Assembly (NCBI GenBank): GCA_951406725.2
Contig: OX597829.1
Coordinates: forward strand, 32,674,001 to 32,738,000
Source: Octopus vulgaris
Taxonomy: Eukaryota
Reading direction: 5' to 3'
DNA: 64,000 bases
Shown here: one piece after another, positions 37,351 to 51,110 of the stretch
Numbering within the stretch: position 1 is the stretch's first letter
Layout of the letters: every line of letters starts with the position of its first letter
Program-made: the position numbers and the translations under genes
Notes under the pieces: generated by a model
The model's input: only the letters and a program-made list of their open reading frames with translations
Database searches by the model: none
Told to the model about the DNA's origin: nothing

Positions 37351-40300
37351 GTCAGGTCACTTTCGAGTGCTACTGGTAACATGTAACCCAGTACAACCAG
37401 TTGCATGGTCGGGTCGTCGGCGACTAAACCGGCAACCCCACCAAGCTTGCTTGGTGAGGAGGGTGTTTATTGGACACCCTGCGGGATGAAAAACAAAACC
37501 CGTCAAAGGGCGGAGGAACTCTTGAGAGTCAACGGCCATCCAATAAATGTGTAATTTTTTTTTTCTTAAGGCTTAAGGCTGTATCATGCGCGGGGACATA
37601 GAAATAATCGGACTGAATACCCGATCGCGCGGTTAAACCATTGGGAGTGAAGGACTCCTAGCCTTTGTTAGGGCATCCTTCTAGGAGAAGGTAACTCAGG
37701 TAACTGGGATAACTCCGACATAAAACCTGCGGCTCAGTGGTTACCGATGATGTTGACTTGTTCTTCTTTTCGGAATATGGCTGCTGTTGGTTAGTGAGTG
37801 GGATTGACTCAGTGCACAGCCTTTCCTCACTTAAAAAAAAATCTTTTTGCACAGGCATTGCACGATAACAACATTGGATTGATTAAATTGATTAACTAAT
37901 TCATGATTGTTGATAGTACTGTGAGTCTCAACTGAATGGCTGGCTGTAGCCTTAAAAAGCAAAAAATCAATGATGTACCAAAACAGTATAAAAATAAATG
38001 GCAGTAAGGACTCTGGAACCACATCAGCTGAAAGAGTCTGGCCCAGCAAGGGCTCCAGAGGATCACAGTCTGAACCCGGCTGTCATCATGCTACTGTGAT
38101 AGAACCAAAGAAAACAGTAAATATTGGCTGTTGGAATGTACAGACACTGCTTGACCGCAAGTCATCTGAATGTCCTGAACGAAGGACTGCGCTTGTTGCA
38201 AAGGAGCTCTGATGCTATGATCTTGACATCGTTGCTTTATCTGAAACGAGATTACCTGGGGATGGTCATCTTACAGAATCTTGTGGAAAATATACATTCC
38301 TTTGGAAAGGGAGGAATGAAGAGTTTAGAGGAGAAGCTGGAGTGGCATTTGCTGTTAAGACTACTCTTGTGGACAAGTTGGAAGAATTTCCAATCGGAAT
38401 TAACGAACGTCTTATGTCCATGATAATTCCTTTGGCTAAAGAAAATTATGTGATCTTGGTGAGTGTGTATTCTCCAACTATGTGCTATACTGATGATGAA
38501 AAAGTTTCTTTCTCCTATGCTTTGAAGGGCATATAAGAAATATTCCTCAGGTAGACAGTCATCATACTGGGTGACTTTAATGCTAGAGTGGGTAGAGATT
38601 TTAACACATGGACTGTAATTGGAAAGCATGGGGTGGGAAAGTGTAATAGTAATGGCATGCTTTTGCTGCAGATGTGTGAGGAGCTGTGTCTGTGTGTTAC
38701 CAATACCGTGTTTCAACAAAAGAATAAGTTTAAGACCACATTGATACACCCTGCATCTAAAGAAAGGCATATTCTGGATTACATCCTAGTTAGGGTGCGT
38801 GACAGACAGGATGTGCAGTGTGTTCGTGTTCTTCGTGGAGCTGAGTGTTGGACTGACCACCGCCTAGTACGCGCAAAAGTGAAATTAGTCACAAAAATAA
38901 AATCCGAGCTGCAGGGATTACCCTGCCTAAAAGACTAAATGTTGATCGTCTTAGGTATAATAGTGTGAAGGGAACTTTACGAGAGGAAATGAATACTGCA
39001 GATATTGGGGAGGATTGGCCGACCCTTAAAAAGTCAGTTTATGATATAGGCAAGAAAGTTCTGGGATTGATACAAAGAAAGCATCAATATTGGTTCAAAG
39101 AAAATGATGAACATATAGATGATTAATTGGCTGATAAAAGACGCACTTTGTGCACACTATTTGTCAGCAAAGCCACAGGAAAGGGAAGTGTTGCATAGGG
39201 AACTCAAGGGCGTAAAATCACGTGTGAGGCAAAGGCTCTCTCAGATGAGGGATACGTGGTGGAGTATAAAGGCTGACGAGATACAGGCGGCATCAGATTT
39301 CAATAACACAAAGCTGTTGTATGGTCTCTTGCGAGAAGTTTATGGACCGACGTCTTCCCTGATGACACCACTTCGAAGCAGGGATGGTAAAGAACTTCTT
39401 CGTGAGTCACAAGGAATTCTGCGAAGGTGGCAAGACCACTTTGATGAACTTTTGAATCAGCAGTCTGTAGTTAGTGAGGCAGCACTCGCAGAACCACCAA
39501 AGTTGAAGGAAGTTGCAATGGCTGTCTCAAGGTTGAATAATGGGAAGTCTCCAGGTATGGATGACATACATGCGGAGTTGTTACAACATGGTGGTGAGAA
39601 ACTTCTTCAGAAACTTCACTCTTTGTTTGGTAAGATATGGACTAGTGAATCTGTACCTGAGGACTGGAGAGATGCAGTAATGGTGGTCCTGTATAAGGGA
39701 AAGGGCAACAGGAGTGATTGTGGTAATTATAGGGGAGTATCATTGCTGTCTGTTGTAGGAAAGGTTTTATACAGGATACTTCTGGATCGTCTGCTGAAAT
39801 ACATTGCAGATTGTGTTCTTCCAGAAAGTCAATCTGGCTTTCGTGTGGGACGTGGCACTGATGATATGATCTTTTCAGCTAGACAGCTTCAGGAAAAGTG
39901 TGTGGAACAAGGTCTGGATTTGTATCAGGTTTTTGTCGATCTGACAAAAGCCTTTGATACCGTCAATAGAAAAGCATTGTAGAAAGTCCTCCAGAAACTT
40001 GGGTGTCCTGAAAAGTTCCTTGCTTTGGTTAGGTCTTTTCATGAAGACATGAATGGTAGGGTGAATGTTAAAGGGAAAATGTCGGAGCCCATTTCAATAC
40101 AAAATGGAGTGAAACAGGAGGATATTCTGGCACCGACCCTATTTTCCATATATTTCGCGATGGTGTTCTGTATTGCATTCAGAAACTGCAGATACAGTGT
40201 TTACGTCCATTATCGAACCTCTGGCAGCATATTTAATATCAGGTGCCTTGCTGCAAAAACAAAGATATTTACCTCTATCATAAGAGATCTTTTGTATGCA

Positions 40301-41515
40301 GATGATCGTGAGCTAGTAGCACACGCAGAGATTGATATGCAACGCATTTTAAATGCATTCTCTGATGCTTGCACAGTCAATCTCAAGAAAACTGTTGTCA
40401 TGCATCAACCTGCCCCTGGTAAGCAGTATAGTGTACCAAATATCTATGTGAATGGTAAACGACTTGGTGTAGTTGATCAGTTTGTCTACCTGGGAAGCAC
40501 TATTAATAGATATGGCAATGTGGATGATGAAATTTCATATAGAATTAGGAAAGCAAGTGTTGCTTTCGGAAGGCTAGAAAAGCGCCTCTGGAGTCGGCGA
40601 GACATATGCAGTAAGACAAAGATAAAGGTGTACAAGGCATGTGTGCTCCCTTCTCTTCTCTATGCCTGCGAGACGTGGGTCACATATCGATACTACCTTA
40701 AACAACTGGAACGTTTCCATCAGATGTGCCTCAGACGGATCTATGGCATTAAGTGGAAGTACCGCATCAGTGATCTTGAAATATTGGAAGGCTCTCGGTG
40801 TGAAAGTATAGAAGCTCTTGTGTTAAAGCAAAGGCTCAGATGAAGTGGTCATCTGGTCAGAATGAAGGATTCAAGGATGCCAAAACAACTCTTTTATGGA
40901 GAGCTAGCTAAAGGAGAACGACCTCCACATAAACCAAAAAAGAGGTATAAGGACTTGCTGAAGGCTTCCTTAAGAGATGCTTGCATCTCTCCTGACACAT
41001 GGGAAGGCATAGCTATTGATCGTACCAGGTGGAGAAGGATTGTGCATGAGGGGACAGCCACTTTTGAGAAATCTCGAGTTGCACATGAGAAAGTAAGGAG
41101 GGATGTCAGGAAGGGCATCGCTGTTACACTTCCAGAAAGGAAGGGTCTTCCTTTGATTCTGACATGCAATATCTGTGCAAGACCCTGCCTCAGTAAAGCT
41201 GAACTCATGAGTCATCTTCGTAGTCATAAAACGAGACAGATGAGTGACAACCTGGCCACTGGTGGTGGTGTAACACACCATACTAATCATATCTGTCGGG
41301 CATGTGGAAGTGAGTGTAATTCGGCAGGAGGACTTAAACGACATGCAAAGGTACATGAAGCCCAGTTACAACTACAGTCGGCTATTACCAGTAAAGGTTT
41401 TAGTTGCCAATTTTGTACAAGACATTGTAGATCTTTAGCTGGGCTAAAAAGTCACATTCGAGTAACAGTTAAGCTTCGTGCAATGGCCATACTCGATAAC
41501 GAGGGGGCAGCCATA
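37351..41515 (+). mobile_element. Near-full-length RTE-clade LINE (5' UTR, APE, RT, three C2H2 fingers), inactivated by stops and frameshifts
   Basis: NIGCWNVQTL, ALSETRL, GDFNARVG, HILDYILV, TDHRLV; KSPGMD, NYRGVSLLS, LPESQSGFR, FVDLTKAFD, LLYADD, FVYLGS, RMPKQLFYGEL; (TATG)n on both sides. Confidence 0.93.
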
Positions 41516-41689
41516 ATGTATGTATGTATGTATGTATGTATGTATGTATGTATGTATGTATGTATGTATGTATGTATGTATGTATGTATGTATGTATGTG
41601 TGTATGTATGTATGTATGTATGTATGAATTTATATATGTGTATGTATGTATGTTTGAGTGCACGTATGTATATGTGTAGATTTATATGT

Positions 41690-42415
41690 TTTGTTTTATG
41701 TATGTCTTCTCGTCTATATCTAGATATGCTCATGTCTTCTCACTTCTGTATCTAAACATGTTCATATATACTTAAATAATAAACTTCGGGAACGTTTTAC
41801 AGGTTTTACAGTTCCATTGATGGCTTCGATCTGTAGTCTTCGAATCAGCCTTCTCCTTTCTTGTTTTGAAAAACTTAATTTCTCAAGATTGGTATTTAGG
41901 CAGTGTGTTACATATCCCATGCTACAATATTATACAAACCTGAACTTTAATTTGGATAGAGCAACTACAGATTTCTCAATAATTCAGTGTAGGTATTCTC
42001 TTTTTCGCCGATATTCAGCATTATATTAACATCCACTGGGCATCTGATTTCCACAACTCTACAGTTTCTCTTCTCTATCCCAAACTATTATACCAGTCTA
42101 TCGTGTTTACATTTTATTGAGGTCTTCACTGGAACATACCACCAGAACTCCTGTTTATTATGAGTGTTTATGGCTGCTACCATATTGTGGATTCTTATTT
42201 TTTTGTATTCGGGGTTATCTTTCCGACGACTTTCATAATATAATGTCGTAGCTACAACATCATGTCTCATCGGTAGATAAAACAGTGATGACATTTTTGG
42301 ACAACTGCTTATGATGTGGGTGATATCTTTGCATCGGTTGTCACATTTTGCTGCTTTTCCAGCAACTCTATCCCTTTTTTGCATCAGGTATTTGGATGAT
42401 ATTTCCTGTTCCTTG
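41690..42415 (-). mobile_element. RLE LINE 3' fragment with tail
   Basis: Parallels 36258-36890 (DITHIISSCPK, KTSIKCKHD). Confidence 0.85.
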
Positions 42416-43119
42416 AAATATCAGCCAAATACCACATGTTTGTGTGTATGTATGTATGTATGTATGTATGTATGTATGTATGCATGTATGTATGTATGTA
42501 TGTGTATGTGCGTTTTTGTGTGTATGTGTGTGTACAAATATGGTTGATAGATATGTATGTACACATCTAAACTCATCGAAAATCGAAGTTTTTATCACTG
42601 AGAACGCTCAGTATTAGAAATATTAGAAAATCAAGTCAAATTTTGATGGGATATGTTGTGACGCAAAAAAGATAAAGGGGACGGGGATGGTGACATATGT
42701 CGATTTAGGGAAGAGTAGAAAAAAGGAGGAAAGGAAAAGAGGAAACAGTAAAGAAGAATACAATTTGTATAAAGATGTATAAAAAATATTTTTTAAAACA
42801 TGTATATAGCGAGTGTATAAGGTGAGAAATAACAAACAAATATATACATAGATATGAAAGTTAGAATAAGATCAATTGATAAAATAAATAAAAGAATTAC
42901 TAAAATAAAAGGAAACGATAAAAAGAGATAGGCTGATATAAAGAAAAGAAATAAGAGCACAGAGAAGGAAAAAGAGAGAAAAGAGAAAGAAATTATTTCG
43001 AAGGAAATATGTTAACAACGAAAATTTAAAAGTAAAATCAAGTGGATGTTCGAAATAACTAGATTGGACAAGATGGGTCATTTGCAAATCAAGTGGTAAA
43101 GTATTTAAAAGCATCGGTG

Positions 43120-43495
43120 CCAGGCATAGCTGTGGGGTTAAGAAGTTTGCTTTGCAACCACGTAATTTCGGGTTCACTCCCAATACGCGACATCACGAGC
43201 GTGTATCTTCTACAAAATATCTTTTACGTTAGATCCGGGTCGATCAATGCTTTGGGGGAGAATTTGGTAAATGGAAACTACATGGAAGCCTGTGGTGTAT
43301 GTATGAGTTATTATTTATCCCCTATCACCGCTTGACAACTGATATCAGATCCTGTAACCTAGCAGTTCGACACATTCAATAGACTTATTCAATAGAATAA
43401 GAACCAGACTTAAAACATTAGTTCCGGAGGGTGATTCGTTGGACCCACACCCTTCTGGACAGTGTCTAATATGGCTTAAGTACAATTAAAAGATA
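43120..43495 (+). mobile_element. Old, degenerate SINE family A copy
   Basis: gctgtggggttaagaagtttgc..gggttcactccca..gcagttcgac..atagaataag. Confidence 0.55.
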
Positions 43496-44709
43496 AAAGA
43501 TGAAAAATAATTAGAAAGGACTGTGTAAGAAAATGGCGGCGCAAAATCTGATTGTCGAAGGGGAAAAAATTAAGGAAATTAATCGTTCGAAGTCAGAAAA
43601 TTACTCAGCAAATATTTAGAAGTGTATCTACTGAAATTTAAGGACTGATCTTTTTTCATTTAATGCCCGTGAGCCTTGAAATGAGATCAAAGTTTTCCTT
43701 TACCTTTTTACTTAAATCACGAACTACAGTGGTGGATTCTTGAAAGGATCCTTGAGAAATTTGCATCGATATAGTGTAATGTGCTCTAAAATACAACAAT
43801 ATATTTTGAATGCTGTTGGATTAGGATTAGGGTGAAAGCCAAACGTACAAGGAGCAACTTATCAAAGATAATTTTTTCAAGGTGCTTAAAGGAATGTGTT
43901 TACTTGTAAAAATGTATCTTGAATTTATTATTTGTTAATCCTATGTAGGATCTGAAGTGAGTGATATTGTTTATCGACACATTAACACGATAATCCAATT
44001 CTTTCGCAAAGCAATTACCGCTAAAATGATAACTGTTAAGATTAATGCAATTATAGGAAGCGAGGCGTTTTAGAATTTATAATACTAAGTAGAGCAAGTG
44101 AAAATTCCAGCACGGATTTAAGCACTACTTAAGCTCTATTCAAGTTCGTGTACACTATAACTACCTATAAACTTCCTACGGCAATGTATACAGAAATTAT
44201 TATGTTTATGATGTAGGTCTCGACACTGGAAACTAGTCAATTTGGTCCATTCCTGCATACCGAGAAATAAAACTTTTGTGCATAACAGTTTTGTTTCTTT
44301 TTCACAGTCATGTCAAATGTTGTATGTATCTAAAAGGTATGCTACCACACATTTCCAATTATCCTAAGAACGCTGAGTTTTGTACAATTAATGATGAATC
44401 CACGTTGTCACCGCATGTGCGCTGCTATGCAAATTAAACTAACTAGTTTACTTCTTTCTGAATGCGTATATAAAATAAATAGCTATATGCCAATAATCTT
44501 CCTCTATTCAGTTAATGTGTGTATGTGTATGTGTGTATATATGTGTTAGTCTATTCTCTACCTCTCACTATGTATCTATTTTTCTCTGCTCTATTTCTTG
44601 ACCCGCATTTTTTTAATATGTCTATGCGAACACGCAAGAAAACACACACATACTCACACAGACATGCACATATACATATAATTGGATATATACATACATA
44701 TACATGCAC

Positions 44710-44742
<33 letters not shown>

Positions 44743-44779
44743 TGCGTGTGTATATATATATATATTTATATATGAGTGC

Positions 44780-44818
<39 letters not shown>

Positions 44819-44870
44819 TGCGTGTGTATATATATATATATATATATATGCGCACTCACTCACTCACTCA

Positions 44871-44911
<41 letters not shown>

Positions 44912-45632
44912 AAACATGCACACGCATATAGGGGAAGAGAAAAAGAGACGCGTGTGAGTAGGTGCTTGTGTTTCTTTTTGCACCATCTTTTTCTTTGATA
45001 ACAATTATTAAAGTTAAAGAGACAACCATATTTCCGGTTAAAGTGTTTAAAGCTACGTCCATTAGTTCCCCCTAAAACTCTGATACTTCATTTCTCAGTT
45101 CCTTTTGTTTTGTATGATTATACGAGAGGAAGAATATGTCGTAAAACTAGAATTGACAGCAGAACTTACAAACTTGTCGACAAAGCAATAATTTTCACTA
45201 AAGGCAAGCCAGCAACGGAAAGCTGTCTGATTCCCCTGCAGCTTCAAGTACAGAGATACCTTGGTGTGCAGCAGGCCAGTTGCCAAACGGATGTGAACTT
45301 TTAATTCAAAATTATTGAGAAAGAAAACATTTATGGACAACTGCTTGGAAACTTACAGCTTTTTATAATTTATATTTTGTACATGTAATCCCCGGTACAC
45401 TTGGTCTACGTTACTAAACGTCGAAAAAGCCATAAATTCTTACAATATAGACTTACGTACATACACATATACATGCATACGCATATATGTGGATATATAC
45501 ACATGCAGTATTACTGTAGCTTCAATAAATATCGGATACGTCTGTTACTCGTTAGGGGTTAGCATCGTGTAGACGATACTCCCATAGACCCACGTGTGTA
45601 TGTATGTATGTACGTGTGTTGTCGCGTGCGCC

Positions 45633-45672
<40 letters not shown>

Positions 45673-45799
45673 TGGACGTGAATGTATCGTCTACACAGTG
45701 CAAATCCCTAACAACTAACAACAACAGTACACACACACACACACACACACACACAGATACACACACACAGACACATAGACACACACACACAGACACATA

Positions 45800-45855
<56 letters not shown>

Positions 45856-45856
45856 C

Positions 45857-46435
<579 letters not shown>

Positions 46436-47749
46436 GGCTTAGCGACTAAGACAAAGAAGGCACGAAGAGATGAGAAGTTATTTGGTTAAGACTGGGAAGA
46501 AAGAATAAAATTAGTCTTTTCTTATAAAATTAAAACAAAAACAACACAAAAATAGTGCAACAAGTATGATACTGAGAGTAAAAACTAATATTATGCATCA
46601 TCAAATGTGCCATTTTTTCTATTTAAATCAGAGGGATATTTAGCTGGTATGTCTAACATATCAAATGATCACATTGACGGTTCATCATTGCCTTGTGCAC
46701 AGAGTTGTTCGGTTCCAGACCAACATTTATTAAGCCGATCTAAAATGACGAGCCTCTTTTTATTTTTAAGTATAAGGCATAGATTTTTATACAAATTATA
46801 CAACGTTGTCTTTAAAATCATATTAAATACAAGTATAATTTAAGGAGAACTTAGTTTTTAACTTTAGTAGTAATGGCTCTATTTATTTAACTGACAATTG
46901 ACTGCATTCAGAGGAACTTTGTCTCCCCGCTTGATAAATTCCAGAAAATATTGGGAGCCCAAGCAAACTAGTGATGGTCTGCACCATAAAAATGGTTAAT
47001 ACAATTCGGAAAAGAAAACATATTAGTATACCATAAAGAAAAATGACCTCTACGAAAAGTAAAAATACATCTCTCCTCCAGAATACATCGTAAAATTTTC
47101 GTAATTTCCAGTTACTTAAAATTTATCATGAAATCTTTGGCTTAAGTAAATCTAACCAGGAAAGAATTCTCTACGCTACCACTCTACTTGTTAAAAATTG
47201 TAACAAAATCTCCCTCAAATTAAGCCTTGTTGTCTGTAAAGGAAATGTAGTCCACTACGTGTAAAACAAAAGACCTAAAAAAATCAATGGCCTCCACCCA
47301 AAAATTAACAAAGAATGAATAATAATTTTTGTAACTTACTTCCATTTTTCTGGTCACTGGTGTCACTACCATAGATATTTGACGTCACAAACTGGCGCCG
47401 GGAATTCGAGCCTTTTCCACTGTTATGATCCCGTATATAGTACCTGTAATATATTGTAAAACTATCATAACTTTCATTATATGAACATGGTATGCTATCA
47501 AGATTTGATCTATGTTTTTGATGTAAAGATTTGCGCTAGCCCTTTGTTGTAGATTCATAATAATATGGCGTAAAAATATTGTTTATATATGCTCTAGTCG
47601 ATGTTTACAACTTGCAATTAATGCGTACGAATTATATAATTCAGCCGAAATTAAGTCAGTGGCTTGCTGGCTTGTTGTTTGTTACTAGTGGGTTTAATTT
47701 TTTTTAAAGTGACTTTCGTGTCTTTATATATGTGTAATATTTGGCGCAT

Positions 47750-47950
47750 GAAGAATCGGCACCACGCCTGGCAAAATGCTTTGCGGCATTTCATCCATCT
47801 TCACGTCCTGAGTTCAAATTCCGCCGAGGTCGACTTTGCTTTTCATCCTTTCTAGATCGATAAAATAAGTACCAGCTGAGTAATGGGGTTGATGTAATCG
47901 ACTTCCCCCCCTCCCAGTAACAGCTGGTCTTCTGCCAAAATTTGAAATCA
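47750..47950 (+). mobile_element. SINE family B
   Basis: gagttcaaattccgccgaggtcgactttgcttttcatccttt core. Confidence 0.75.
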
Positions 47951-48695
47951 ACATTTAACGCTTATTTATAATTCTGTATTTTTTTTTTTCCTCTTTTGGT
48001 AACGTGTTCATATATGCCAAAAATTACATTGGTTTGTGGATAATAAAGTTTATGTATGCCTTGTTTGGTTTTATTGAGTATTTGTTGTATATTGTTACAT
48101 TAACGATAAAACATAACATAAAAATGACTGCAATGGAATGACATTAACTATGATTACTTCATCCAGGAGAATAGCGACACGTCGACGCAATTAAAATCTT
48201 TATAGCTTCAAACAAAATATAAAGGATTTAAAAGGAAGGCAAAAAAAATTCTTAATAAGAACAAAAAATGACATTTAAATGCAATCAGCTTTTACAGATT
48301 CCTCTTACAGTCTGGTATTTTTTTATCAACCGCTCTCTTTCAAAGAATCACTAAATTATATAAAATAATGAAAACAGACTTGACACAATGGTAAGCATAA
48401 ACTCTAAAACCGCACACATACACACTCACTCACACACACGTATGTATGTATGTATGTATGTATGTATATGTGTGTATGTATGTATGTATGTATGTATGTA
48501 TGTATGTATGTATGTATGTATGTATGTATGTATATGTGTATATATGTATATGTGTATGTATGTATGTATGTATGTACGTATGTATGTATGTATGTACATA
48601 TGCACACACACACATGCAGACACTCAAACACAGACAGACACGCACACACACACACACGCACACACACACATACACACGAAGATGTATTGCACATA

Positions 48696-49022
48696 TAGTA
48701 TGGCTCAGTGGTTAGAACGCCAGGCTCACAATTATGAGATAGTGAGTTCGATTTCCAGACCGGGCTGCGTGTTGTGTTCTTGAGCAAGACACTTTATTTC
48801 GCGTTGCTCCAGTTCACTCAGCTGTAGAAATGAGTTGCGACGTCTCAGGTGCCAAGCTGTATCGGCCCCTTTGCCTTACCCTTGGATAATATCTGTGGCG
48901 AGGAGAAGGGAGGCTGGAATGCATGGGCAACTGCCGGTCTTCCATAAACAACCTTGCCCGGATTTGTAGTTCGGAGGGGAACTTTCTAGGTGCAATATCA
49001 TGGTCATTCATGACCAAAGGGG
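48696..49022 (+). mobile_element. tRNA-derived SINE family D
   Basis: A box tggctcagtggttag, B box gagttcgatttcc, then gttgtgttcttgagcaagacacttt body. Confidence 0.8.
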
Positions 49023-49188
49023 TAATTATAGCATAACCCTTATTATGTATAAACTTATCGTTCCGCCATTATGTTAACTGAGCGTAATTTTATATCTTGC
49101 GAAGTAATGTTGTGAGAAGTAGATATCATACATGCACACTTGCGGAAATCTATATGTATGTGTGCATGTATGTATGTATGTATGTATG

Positions 49189-49219
<31 letters not shown>

Positions 49220-49229
49220 TGTATGTATG

Positions 49230-49260
<31 letters not shown>

Positions 49261-49334
49261 TGTATGTATGTATGTATGTATGTATGTATGTATGTATGTA
49301 TGTATGTATGTGTATGTATGCATGCACGTATGTA

Positions 49335-49896
49335 TATGTGTAGATTTGTATGTTTTGTTTTATGTATGTCTTCTCGTCTATATCAAGACATGTTCATGTC
49401 TTCTCACTTGTATATCTAGACATGTTCATATATACTTAAATGATAAACTTCTGGTAAGTTTTACAGAATTTTACAGTTCCATTGATGGCTTGGATCTGTT
49501 GTTTTTGAATCAGCTTTCTCTTTTCTGGTTTTGAAAAGCCTAATTTCTCAAGTTCGGTATTTAGGCAGTGTGTTACATTTCCCAGTGCCCCATTGATTAT
49601 AGGTACAAACCTGAACTTGCAATCTGGATAGAGCAACTACAGATTTCTCAATAATTCAATCAAATACCACATATCAACCAAATACCACATGCACGTACGT
49701 ATTATGCTTGTATGTATGTATGTATGTATGTATGTTTTTGTATGTATGTATGTATGTATGTATGTATGTATGTATGTATGTATGTATGTATGTATGTATG
49801 TATGTATGTATGTATGTATGTATGTATGTATGTATGTATGTATATGTGCATTTTTGTTTCTGTGTGTGTGTGAGTGTGTGTGTGTATGTATATATG

Positions 49897-49973
<77 letters not shown>

Positions 49974-50141
49974 GTATGCATGCATGCATGTATGTAAGTA
50001 TGTATGTATGTATGTATGCATGTATGTATGTATATGTCCACTTTTGTTTCTGTGTGTGTGTGTGAGTGTGTGTGTGTATGTATGTATGTATGTATGTATG
50101 TATGTATATGTGCATTTTTGTTTCTGTGTGTGTGTGTGAGT

Positions 50142-50213
<72 letters not shown>

Positions 50214-51110
50214 AAATATATACTTCATGTACTTCATGATGTAAGCACATCTAAACTAATTTCCTTTTCCTGGATTGCAAACGCATACTCTTCAAAGTGG
50301 GAGGTAGTAATCTGGATATTGGTCCACGATAGACTGCTTTGATGATTAATGTTACTAGCATCTCGGAGCTTTCTCCTAACATATCCATGCATGGTCTTCT
50401 GCTCATACACGCTTATCCTTTCATCTGATGATATGTTGCAGTAGAGTTGTACGATTTATTTGGGAATGTATTTAAGGTTATCAGACAAGGAATGTTGCTG
50501 AAGGAGCTGCCTTCCAAATCTTATGATGTTATCAGCCTCATGTATGCAAACTTGGTTAAGGGATGCACTTAAACACTTTGTGGTTAAAAGATGTTGCCGA
50601 AGGGATATGATACGACTTTCAAAGGCAGTTTGGATCGATGTTAAACCTCTGTCGCTTTGTTTTCGTTTTAGGTAGAGGCGGTCTATGTCACTGTTGATGC
50701 GTAAAATTATGTGTGCTTGTTAGTATCTTCCGGGTTTTCACATCAATGACTCGGATCTCAGCAAGCGTCCAATCTAGCAGCTCAAATGTTGATAATGAAT
50801 ACTGGCACTGCAAACACATTGTTGTCACTGTTTTATTGAATGCAGAGAGTTCCGAGGTCCAAATTCTCTTTATTCGGTTGTAATATTCTTTAGTGACTCG
50901 TGTTTTGTTACAGGTGACATTGTAAGATATGTTTTCATCCACCCCTAGATGCCTGCAACATTCTCATCAGATATAGGGAAAACAGTCAAGTCATTGGTGG
51001 AGATGTTGCTAGTCTGGTTTACAGTTTTCATTTTTTTCGCAACCATATAACAACATTTATTCTGACCAAACTCCTTTGAGAATATCCTTTGAGAATACTC
51101 TGACAAATAA
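49335..51110 (-). mobile_element. RLE LINE fragment in two parts (50258-51110 RT C-terminal to linker; 49335-49660 3' end) separated by a microsatellite-rich module
   Basis: EFGQNKC, IWTSELSAFNK, DIDRLYLKR, FAIQEKEI and FVPIINGALG motifs; (CATA)n-type tracts at both ends. Confidence 0.8.
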
